Positions 42,229-54,200 of a stretch of DNA of 64,000 nucleotides are shown here, piece by piece. The translations under genes were made by a program, and so were the position numbers. The notes under the pieces are model-generated. The model ran no database searches. It worked only from the letters and a program-made list of their open reading frames with translations, and was not told the DNA's origin. The DNA is taken from NCBI GenBank assembly GCA_965644315.1, contig CBFFRQ010000057.1:62001-126000 (forward strand), read 5' to 3'. The stretch is from Caecitellus pseudoparvulus (taxonomy: Eukaryota > Protista > Bigyra: Bicosoecida). Numbering within the stretch: position 1 is the first letter of the stretch; each line of letters starts with the position of its first letter.

Positions 42229-45200
42229 TCAAATGGCGGCTGCGTCCATGGAGCTGCAGGCTTCCCCGCGGTACCCCTGGAAGCACTTGCACATCCCAGT
42301 GCTGCGGTCGCACACTCCGCGACGGCTGCACTCTGTCGCCTCATTGTGAACCCCTGCGCTTTGTCCATCACCATCAGTGTCTACGGAGCATGAGGCCAGA
42401 CTCCAAGCAAATTCGTACACTCCATCAGCGCATGTCGGGGCAGTGCTGGAGTCGAGGAAGTCCACAAGCAGGCCATGAGCGCCCAGTGGAACGCCGAGGC
42501 TGGCGGGTCCGTACGGCACTGGAGCCCATGGCGACCATGCCGCTGAAATACCCGCCGAGTCTGTGTCTGCTTGCTCCCGGAAGCGGAAAACCACATTTCC
42601 GGTGTCACCTGCATCGCTTGTGCTGGAGCTGCACTCCACCTGTGCCCAAATGTCAGAGTTCCCCACTTCGCTTGCTGCTGTCGTGCCGCGCTGAAGAGCC
42701 ACCCCGGCAGTCATCGCAACCACACTCGTGCTTGTTGAGGGATCAAGGGCGATGAGGCCTGCGTATCTTGGCTGGCAACCAGGGTGGCTGCAGCCTCCTG
42801 CAGCCGGGCATTTGAGTAGGTGTTGGTTTCCTGGAGCGAGCGGGGCATTAAACGTGACCAAATACTGCACCTGGGTTGCCGAGGCAGAGGCTTGTGATAC
42901 TGTCACGCCCCGAAGCGCGAAGCCTGGAAGCTCCAGGAGCGCCTTCTCCAGATTGCTGGCACCTGCTGCACTGGCAACCTGCTGAATGCGCGCTGTTGAT
43001 TGCGAGGCTCCGCGCAGGTCTGTGAAGGCGAATGCGACCTCCTCGCTGGACCAAGCGTCCGTGTTTGTTTTCGAGAACGTTACTCGCTGAACCATGCCCG
43101 CCTCTGAATCGCAAGTGGTAAGAGGGTCGTCCCCTAGCGGGCACGTGCGTTGAGAGCAGTCAACTCCAGTAAACCCTGCGTCGCACTGGCATCGCTGGAC
43201 GCGGTCGGCTTCCCAAGAGTCATACCCCGCTGCCTGCACATCAGGCAGTTCTGAGAGGAATCGGCACTTTCCATTCCCACTGCAAGCATTTGGGCACTTC
43301 TGACGCTGGCATGCGTCGCCCTCGAAGCCCTCAAAGCAGGAACAAGTTCCGGTCGCACGGTCACACACACCACGCCCTGCGCACTCCTCGTTCTGGCGCA
43401 CAGGCGCAGCCTCAGCACCCCATGATGCAGTTGAGGGGCACTTGCGAAGGGAGCAGTCGAAGCCGCCCCACTGAGGGAAGCAGAAGCACCGGCCATATGC
43501 GCGGCAGTACCCATGCCCGCTGCACTCGCTGGGGCAACCTCCCGCCATGCCAAGGTACTTCGGGTCAGTGGACGCAACCGGAACCGGCTTCTTTACAGCA
43601 CCCACCAAGGAAAAGTGCCTGATGTATCCCTTTAGCAGCCCCGTTTGGCAGTTGTACTCATTGTCAAACGTTGGTTGCCACTCTCCATAGCCAAACTGGG
43701 GGTTCTCAGGGTCCTCCAGCGATGCCGTGTACATGACGTAGTACGTTGCTGTACAGTCGAGATTGGTGCCAACATACATCTGCACCTCCACGTCTTTGTC
43801 AAACTGCGTGCCATCAGGGCCGAAATTGAAGACCAGGTCGCGGCTGAGCTCGTCACCAGGCCGCGGTGCTGGCAGCTCCACTCCTGGCTTGACCTCCTCT
43901 GCAGTCAGTGGTACTTGAGACGGCAGCGACTCAGAGGGAATCTCAATGGACATCGCCCCCTTGAAGTCATCGGCGTCAAAGCCTGGTGCTGTGGGGTCGG
44001 CCGCCGCGGCCTCGGCAGTTGACTTCCGAGCTGGCACGCTCACGCTTGTCTTCTGTGCGGGGTTGATCATTTCTTGTGGGAACTTGCAGCTCCGGGTGGG
44101 AAACGTCACCCACGGGTTGTAGTTGCCGAAGGGATTCGCTGCAAGCACGCCGGCAGGCAAGTCCACCCCGCCAACCTTTGCGTTGCCACACGCAGCCACG
44201 CTGATGTTGTTGAAGTATCGCTCCTCGGCTGGCAGGCCTTCACAGGCAATCCAGCGCGCGGCTGGATTTGCGCAGCCTGGAATTTCAATGTCAATCTTCA
44301 TGTCGAAGTGGATGGACTTGGCTCCGTTCGGGAACTCTTCAGCATCCTCACTGCCCAGCATATCTGCCCCGTCAGCCGGGTGGTGCGCAGCCCACGAATT
44401 GTCATCCTCCACAGTCAATCTGAAGTACATCACGCGCTTCTTGGGTGAAACGTAGTCAGCCCAGTTCTCTTCGCGAAGTTTTGTCTCTCCGTCGTAAGCT
44501 GGCGTGCCGCGCAGCTCGTATTCCTTCACGTCAGCATTCTGCTCCTGGCCCACGCGAACGAACGTAAAGGGGCTGCTTTCATCAAAGAGATCGTCAAGAG
44601 TTGACTTGTCGCCACTTGCAATGATGATGTTGTCAGCATCTCCCACAGGGCGAACGCTCGCCTCATCCCATTCGCTGGATTCGGCGTCCCAAGTGGCATA
44701 GCCTCGGTACTCCCATTGAATGACGTGATCCTGCGCAAAGTCCTCGTCCTCATCGTCGATAATTTCGTTAAAGTCCAGGGCAAATCTGTTGAACTGGCTG
44801 TGCATGAAGTCGAGCTTCACGTATTCAACAGTGTACTTCTCTTCCTCAGCATAGTTGTCTGCCGTTGTGTGCGGGAAGGCGCTGGAACTGGACAGCGGCT
44901 CTTCACTACGAATAACGATCTCTGTGGTGTCCTTGTCAAGTGCCACTCTGCCCTGGTCTGCACCAGTGGAACCGCGCACTATGCCACCTGCAACTATGAA
45001 ATCGTGGTGAATGCCATCTCGTCCACTGGCCTGGTTGGGGTCCACCTTCTGCGCTTCATCGTATGGGGCATAGAACTCCACGTACTCCCCTGGGTTGAAC
45101 TTGTCAACAAGGACATTGGGTCTGTCATTGCGATCCAGCACCCGAATGCTCACTTCCTGATCAGTGCACTGCGCATCACCGTAGCCCCCGTTGGTTCCCG

Positions 45201-48200
45201 AGTTGGAAGTGTATGCTTTCCCAGCGTGCGTGTACTCAATGCCCGCCACATCAGCATCCTTCGTGTACCCTGCAACACCATACATGTCACGATCGCAGAC
45301 GCGGATCGTTACCAAGGCGAAGGGTGTCTCTTCGTGGTTCAAGTTCGCAGTTGGGTTGTCAACACTCGTGCCCTCAACATCGCTCTTCACACAAAGTAAA
45401 GGGGCAGTTGGGTCATCAAACTCAAAAACAGGGTCTGATACGACGTAGAAGTACAGGTTATCTTTGTTGCCTGGGAACTGGGCATCAGGGAAAAAGAACG
45501 CGTCATCGCCGACTGTGTCTGCATCACCCAAGCCTTCCCCATTCGCAGCTGCCCACTTCCCCTGGTCATCTGGATCTGACGCGGCAAACTCGGCATCCAC
45601 TTCAGTGAGCTTAAACTTTTCTAATTCATCGATCAGTTTCACACAGTCTCCTGGTTGGGGGTTCTCCAGAATGCCGAACCGGCTGGAGGTTCCGGCGCCA
45701 TGGGTAGCCAACTCACGTGTGCTCATGACAGCGTAGCCATCAGAGCCAGGGGCGCCGCCTGTCCCTAGTGTAAACGATGGAGGGTTGTTTCCTGGAACCA
45801 CCAAGATCTGCAAAGATGCAGAGTCGCTGTGAAGTGGTGCGGGAGTTAGGGTGGCTGGGCTTGGGTCCCGTGCATCCTCCACTGGACTTGCGTGCGACAG
45901 GTCAGCATCTTGGACAACCACTTTGAGAGTGCGGAGCCCCAGATCACCATTTGCCCGATCGGAATCGTCCACAGTTCGGTATTGCACGCCAGATAGCATG
46001 GCTTCAAGTTCGGCCGCATTCAGCGTGTCCTTGGCCAAGCAGCTCAACGTGGGCTTCCCGTTCCAATCAACACCAGACTCTGTTGAGGTCGATTCAAAAG
46101 TGCAACTGTACAGAGATGAAGTAGATTCCATGCGCAACTGCTCTGTTGCGGCTTTTGCAAAGCCATCATCTACCCAGACGATCGCGCGGGTGTAGTTGTC
46201 TCGCCCACCTGTGGTCTCATCCGTGTCACCGTCTGTCACGCTGAGGCTGGGGAACACGACAATGGAATAATCCTTGCTGTCGGTGTAGCCAGTCACAAAC
46301 TCTTGAGCGCTGCTTGAGGAGTCTACAGAAATGGACGGTGGGTCGTTTGTCTGCTGGATACGCACGTACGTAGTGGCCGAGGCGGACTTCTTGTCAGCCT
46401 TTGCCGCGTCCCCGTTGCCAGCGTCAGTAAACGAGATGTCCACTTTACGTAAAACAGGGTCAGGATATGCGTCGTTGTCTGACTGGAAGAGAACTGCACG
46501 GAGAGCTGCGCTCGCGTCCACCATGCTTACACCGTCGCTGCCTGCGACAAGCTCCACAGAACTGCCGTCAGATGAAACGGTGAAGGAATCGATGCTCGCA
46601 GGCGTTGAGTAGTCATCATCAATACTGAGGGAATCGTGATCTGACTCATATCCAGAAGACGAGGAGCCGGACAGGGAAATGGTCACTTTAGAAAGGAACA
46701 GGTCATCTGGATCTGAGAAAAGATCTCCTGTGGTAAGGTAGACAATCGACACAGGGTCCCCGTCCTCCACAAAAGTTACAAACGTAGCATTGTACGATGC
46801 TGACACAACTGGGGGGTCATTGAAGGCTTCGATGCTCAGAGCCACCGCTTTCTCAGCATCATCTGCAATGGCGTTCTTTCCTGAAGACTCAAGTGCCTCG
46901 CCTTCCACCACCTCATCATCAACAATTTCAACAATAATGCTCCGGGTTCCGAGCACAGACTCTGTCAAAACACTCTCCGGGTCGTCACTAACGTGTCGGA
47001 ATTTCACCGTTGCAAGTGCAGCCTGAGCGTTTGACACTGAGGTGGAGCCGCCTGTGGCGACAAGGCTCAACTTGCAGTCGTCCTCGTCATATACCGGCGC
47101 ATCAAAGCCGGCAGGATCAGAGTCGAAAAACAGCAAGTCTTGACCCGAGCCAGTAATGCAGTCTTCAGCAATCGATACGTGGACTTCCGCAATATCAGAG
47201 TCCGTGTCAGAATCACGGGCATCACCATCGTCAAAATCAGTCACGGCGATGCCCACAGGGAAGACAAGAATGCCAGAGCTTTGGTGGTCCTCTTCGTTGA
47301 AAGTCGCTGAAGCTTCATGCGATGTTTCTGCGCTCTTGCTGCTGTCCAGAATGACCACTGGTCTGTTTTGGTTCAATGGAAGAGTCACATCGCCTTTGGC
47401 AGTGGGGCTCGAAGCTGATGCTGCAAGTGAGATCTGTGAGCGCGAACCATCCCACTTGAAAGACAGTTTGGTCGTGTCACTTTCATAAGAAACGGTGTCC
47501 GATTCCAGAGACCCGTCAACTTGCACGAAGTTACCAGCTGACAGCAGCGAAGATGAACTGATAACAAACGAACTGGCCAAAGGTGCAGAGGCCAACGGAC
47601 CACTGTACGAAGCTGAAACAATAACACTGGGCCCTGTTGCCACTGTTTCAATCGTGTCAGAAGCATCCGAGCTGGCAATGAGACTGCCTTCTTCATCGTG
47701 GGCTCGAAGAATAATGCTCGGAGCATATGAGACAGTATCAGAATCACCAGTACCAACAACGAACGAAAACAAATCAGAACCATCCAGTGTGACTGTGCAG
47801 GAGTCTGCCGTGCCCGTCATGGCGCCGTCCAAGAACCACACACTGTCGATGTCAGAGGCAGACAGCGCACGGGCACGGACCGCGGGGGTGCCCGCCTCCA
47901 GGGCACTGGCGTCAGCCTCACACCCCGCCGTGAACGTGATGCCGTCCACACCCGACGCGTACTGCACTGGCCCGGAGAAGGCCAGCTTCACTCGGAATGA
48001 CGGCTCCGACACGTCGCTGCGGGCGGCGTCGGCGCTCGTCTGCACGATGGTCACTGTGGCCGATGGCGTGTACGTGGCGGCGGCGGAGACACCACCTGCC
48101 GTGGCGATGGACAGAGCAGCCGCTGACGCGGCCAGCGTGACTGTGCAGGAGTCTGCCGCGCCCGTCATGGCGCCGTCCAAGAACCACACACTGTCGATGT

Positions 48201-51200
48201 CAGAGGCAGACAGCGCACGGGCACGGACCGCGGGGGTGCCCGCCTCCAGGGCACTGGCGTCAGCCTCACACCCCGCCGTGAACGTGATGCCGTCCACACC
48301 CGACGCGTACTGCACTGGCCCGGAGAAGGCCAGCTTCACTCGGAATGACGGCTCCGACACGTCGCTGCGGGCGGCGTCGGCGCTCGTCTGCACGATGGTC
48401 ACTGTGGCCGATGGCGTGTACGTGGCGGCGGCGGAGACACCACCTGCCGTGGCGATGGACAGAGCAGCCGCTGACGCGGCCAGCGTGACTGTGCAGGAGT
48501 CTGCCGCGCCCGTCATGGCGCCGTCCAAGAACCACACACTGTCGATGTCAGAGGCAGACAGCGCACGGGCACGGACCGCGGGGGTGCCCGCCTCCAGGGC
48601 ACTGGCGTCAGCCTCACACCCCGCCGTGAACGTGATGCCGTCCACACCCGACGCGTACTGCACTGGCCCGGAGAAGGCCAGCTTCACTCGGAATGACGGC
48701 TCCGACACGTCGCTGCGGGCGGCGTCGGCGCTCGTCTGCACGATGGTCACTGTGGCCGATGGCGTGTACGTGGCGGCGGCGGAGACACCACCTGCCGTGG
48801 CGATGGACAGAGCAGCCGCTGACGCGGCCAGCGTGACTGTGCAGGAGTCTGCCGCGCCCGTCATGGCGCCGTCCAAGAACCACACACTGTCGATGTCAGA
48901 GGCAGACAGCGCACGGGCACGGACCGCGGGGGTGCCCGCCTCCAGGGCACTGGCGTCAGCCTCACACCCCGCCGTGAACGTGATGCCGTCCACACCCGAC
49001 GCGTACTGCACTGGCCCGGAGAAGGCCAGCTTCACTCGGAATGACGGCTCCGACACGTCGCTGCGGGCGGCGTCGGCGCTCGTCTGCACGATGGTCACTG
49101 TGGCCGATGGCGTGTACGTGGCGGCGGCGGAGACACCACCTGCCGTGGCGATGGACAGAGCAGCCGCTGACGCGGCCAGCGTGACTGTGCAGGAGTCTGC
49201 CGCGCCCGTCATGGCGCCGTCCAAGAACCACACACTGTCGATGTCAGAGGCAGACAGCGCACGGGCACGGACCGCGGGGGTGCCCGCCTCCAGGGCACTG
49301 GCGTCAGCCTCACACCCCGCCGTGAACGTGATGCCGTCCACACCCGACGCGTACTGCACTGGCCCGGAGAAGGCCAGCTTCACTCGGAATGACGGCTCCG
49401 ACACGTCGCTGCGGGCGGCGTCGGCGCTCGTCTGCACGATGGTCACTGTGGCCGATGGCGTGTACGTGGCGGCGGCGGAGACACCACCTGCCGTGGCGAT
49501 GGACAGAGCAGCCGCTGACGCGGCCAGCGTGACTGTGCAGGAGTCTGCCGCGCCCGTCATGGCGCCGTCCAAGAACCACACACTGTCGATGTCAGAGGCA
49601 GACAGCGCACGGGCACGGACCGCGGGGGTGCCCGCCTCCAGGGCACTGGCGTCAGCCTCACACCCCGCCGTGAACGTGATGCCGTCCACACCCGACGCGT
49701 ACTGCACTGGCCCGGAGAAGGCCAGCTTCACTCGGAATGACGGCTCCGACACGTCGCTGCGGGCGGCGTCGGCGCTCGTCTGCACGATGGTCACTGTGGC
49801 CGATGGCGTGTACGTGGCGGCGGCGGAGACACCACCTGCCGTGGCGATGGACAGAGCAGCCGCTGACGCGGCCAGCGTGACTGTGCAGGAGTCTGCCGCG
49901 CCCGTCATGGCGCCGTCCAAGAACCACACACTGTCGATGTCAGAGGCAGACAGCGCACGGGCACGGACCGCGGGGGTGCCCGCCTCCAGGGCACTGGCGT
50001 CAGCCTCACACCCCGCCGTGAACGTGATGCCGTCCACACCCGACGCGTACTGCACTGGCCCGGAGAAGGCCAGCTTCACTCGGAATGACGGCTCCGACAC
50101 GTCGCTGCGGGCGGCGTCGGCGCTCGTCTGCACGATGGTCACTGTGGCCGATGGCGTGTACGTGGCGGCGGCGGAGACACCACCTGCCGTGGCGATGGAC
50201 AGAGCAGCCGCTGACGCGGCCAGCGTGACTGTGCAGGAGTCTGCCGCGCCCGTCATGGCGCCGTCCAAGAACCACACACTGTCGATGTCAGAGGCAGACA
50301 GCGCACGGGCACGGACCGCGGGGGTGCCCGCCTCCAGGGCACTGGCGTCAGCCTCACACCCCGCCGTGAACGTGATGCCGTCCACACCCGACGCGTACTG
50401 CACTGGCCCGGAGAAGGCCAGCTTCACTCGGAATGACGGCTCCGACACGTCGCTGCGGGCGGCGTCGGCGCTCGTCTGCACGATGGTCACTGTGGCCGAT
50501 GGCGTGTACGTGGCGGCGGCGGAGACACCACCTGCCGTGGCGATGGACAGAGCAGCCGCTGACGCGGCCAGCGTGACTGTGCAGGAGTCTGCCGCGCCCG
50601 TCATGGCGCCGTCCAAGAACCACACACTGTCGATGTCAGAGGCAGACAGCGCACGGGCACGGACCGCGGGGGTGCCCGCCTCCAGGGCACTGGCGTCAGC
50701 CTCACACCCCGCCGTGAACGTGATGCCGTCCACACCCGACGCGTACTGCACTGGCCCGGAGAAGGCCAGCTTCACTCGGAATGACGGCTCCGACACGTCG
50801 CTGCGGGCGGCGTCGGCGCTCGTCTGCACGATGGTCACTGTGGCCGATGGCGTGTACGTGGCGGCGGCGGAGACACCACCTGCCGTGGCGATGGACAGAG
50901 CAGCCGCTGACGCGGCCAGCGTGACTGTGCAGGAGTCTGCCGCGCCCGTCATGGCGCCGTCCAAGAACCACACACTGTCGATGTCAGAGGCAGACAGCGC
51001 ACGGGCACGGACCGCGGGGGTGCCCGCCTCCAGGGCACTGGCGTCAGCCTCACACCCCGCCGTGAACGTGATGCCGTCCACACCCGACGCGTACTGCACT
51101 GGCCCGGAGAAGGCCAGCTTCACTCGGAATGACGGCTCCGACACGTCGCTGCGGGCGGCGTCGGCGCTCGTCTGCACGATGGTCACTGTGGCCGATGGCG

Positions 51201-54200
51201 TGTACGTGGCGGCGGCGGAGACACCACCTGCCGTGGCGATGGACAGAGCAGCCGCTGACGCGGCCAGCGTGACTGTGCAGGAGTCTGCCGCGCCCGTCAT
51301 GGCGCCGTCCAAGAACCACACACTGTCGATGTCAGAGGCAGACAGCGCACGGGCACGGACCGCGGGGGTGCCCGCCTCCAGGGCACTGGCGTCAGCCTCA
51401 CACCCCGCCGTGAACGTGATGCCGTCCACACCCGACGCGTACTGCACTGGCCCGGAGAAGGCCAGCTTCACTCGGAATGACGGCTCCGACACGTCGCTGC
51501 GGGCGGCGTCGGCGCTCGTCTGCACGATGGTCACTGTGGCCGATGGCGTGTACGTGGCGGCGGCGGAGACACCACCTGCCGTGGCGATGGACAGAGCAGC
51601 CGCTGACGCGGCCAGCGTGACTGTGCAGGAGTCTGCCGCGCCCGTCATGGCGCCGTCCAAGAACCACACACTGTCGATGTCAGAGGCAGACAGCGCACGG
51701 GCACGGACCGCGGGGGTGCCCGCCTCCAGGGCACTGGCGTCAGCCTCACACCCCGCCGTGAACGTGATGCCGTCCACACCCGACGCGTACTGCACTGGCC
51801 CGGAGAAGGCCAGCTTCACTCGGAATGACGGCTCCGACACGTCGCTGCGGGCGGCGTCGGCGCTCGTCTGCACGATGGTCACTGTGGCCGATGGCGTGTA
51901 CGTGGCGGCGGCGGAGACACCACCTGCCGTGGCGATGGACAGAGCAGCCGCTGACGCGGCCAGCGTGACTGTGCAGGAGTCTGCCGCGCCCGTCATGGCG
52001 CCGTCCAAGAACCACACACTGTCGATGTCAGAGGCAGACAGCGCACGGGCACGGACCGCGGGGGTGCCCGCCTCCAGGGCACTGGCGTCAGCCTCACACC
52101 CCGCCGTGAACGTGATGCCGTCCACACCCGACGCGTACTGCACTGGCCCGGAGAAGGCCAGCTTCACTCGGAATGACGGCTCCGACACGTCGCTGCGGGC
52201 GGCGTCGGCGCTCGTCTGCACGATGGTCACTGTGGCCGATGGCGTGTACGTGGCGGCGGCGGAGACACCACCTGCCGTGGCGATGGACAGAGCAGCCGCT
52301 GACGCGGCCAGCGTGACTGTGCAGGAGTCTGCCGCGCCCGTCATGGCGCCGTCCAAGAACCACACACTGTCGATGTCAGAGGCAGACAGCGCACGGGCAC
52401 GGACCGCGGGGGTGCCCGCCTCCAGGGCACTGGCGTCAGCCTCACACCCCGCCGTGAACGTGATGCCGTCCACACCCGACGCGTACTGCACTGGCCCGGA
52501 GAAGGCCAGCTTCACTCGGAATGACGGCTCCGACACGTCGCTGCGGGCGGCGTCGGCGCTCGTCTGCACGATGGTCACTGTGGCCGATGGCGTGTACGTG
52601 GCGGCGGCGGAGACACCACCTGCCGTGGCGATGGACAGAGCAGCCGCTGACGCGGCCAGCGTGACTGTGCAGGAGTCTGCCGCGCCCGTCATGGCGCCGT
52701 CCAAGAACCACACACTGTCGATGTCAGAGGCAGACAGCGCACGGGCACGGACCGCGGGGGTGCCCGCCTCCAGGGCACTGGCGTCAGCCTCACACCCCGC
52801 CGTGAACGTGATGCCGTCCACACCCGACGCGTACTGCACTGGCCCGGAGAAGGCCAGCTTCACTCGGAATGACGGCTCCGACACGTCGCTGCGGGCGGCG
52901 TCGGCGCTCGTCTGCACGATGGTCACTGTGGCCGATGGCGTGTACGTGGCGGCGGCGGAGACACCACCTGCCGTGGCGATGGACAGAGCAGCCGCTGACG
53001 CGGCCAGCGTGACTGTGCAGGAGTCTGCCGCGCCCGTCATGGCGCCGTCCAAGAACCACACACTGTCGATGTCAGAGGCAGACAGCGCACGGGCACGGAC
53101 CGCGGGGGTGCCCGCCTCCAGGGCACTGGCGTCAGCCTCACACCCCGCCGTGAACGTGATGCCGTCCACACCCGACGCGTACTGCACTGGCCCGGAGAAG
53201 GCCAGCTTCACTCGGAATGACGGCTCCGACACGTCGCTGCGGGCGGCGTCGGCGCTCGTCTGCACGATGGTCACTGTGGCCGATGGCGTGTACGTGGCGG
53301 CGGCGGAGACACCACCTGCCGTGGCGATGGACAGAGCAGCCGCTGACGCGGCCAGCGTGACTGTGCAGGAGTCTGCCGCGCCCGTCATGGCGCCGTCCAA
53401 GAACCACACACTGTCGATGTCAGAGGCAGACAGCGCACGGGCACGGACCGCGGGGGTGCCCGCCTCCAGGGCACTGGCGTCAGCCTCACACCCCGCCGTG
53501 AACGTGATGCCGTCCACACCCGACGCGTACTGCACTGGCCCGGAGAAGGCCAGCTTCACTCGGAATGACGGCTCCGACACGTCGCTGCGGGCGGCGTCGG
53601 CGCTCGTCTGCACGATGGTCACTGTGGCCGATGGCGTGTACGTGGCGGCGGCGGAGACACCACCTGCCGTGGCGATGGACAGAGCAGCCGCTGACGCGGC
53701 CAGCGTGACTGTGCAGGAGTCTGCCGCGCCCGTCATGGCGCCGTCCAAGAACCACACACTGTCGATGTCAGAGGCAGACAGCGCACGGGCACGGACCGCG
53801 GGGGTGCCCGCCTCCAGGGCACTGGCGTCAGCCTCACACCCCGCCGTGAACGTGATGCCGTCCACACCCGACGCGTACTGCACTGGCCCGGAGAAGGCCA
53901 GCTTCACTCGGAATGACGGCTCCGACACGTCGCTGCGCCGTGAACGTGATGCCGTCCACACCCGACGCGTACTGCACTGGCCCGGAGAAGGCCAGCTTCA
54001 CTCGGAATGACGGCTCCGACACGTCGCTGCGGGCGGCGTCGGCGCTCGTCTGCACGATGGTCACTGTGGCCGATGGCGTGTACGTGGCGGCGGCGGAGAC
54101 ACCACCTGCCGTGGCGATGGACAGAGCAGCCGCTGACGCGGCCAGCGTGACTGTGCAGGAGTCTGCCGCGCCCGTCATGGCGCCGTCCAAGAACCACACA

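Noticed and set aside
41942-42331. N-terminal extension of the 723-aa kinase ORF
   Set aside because: It overlaps the giant gene's 3' end from a non-ATG start; the FGGY motif begins right after ATG 41941.
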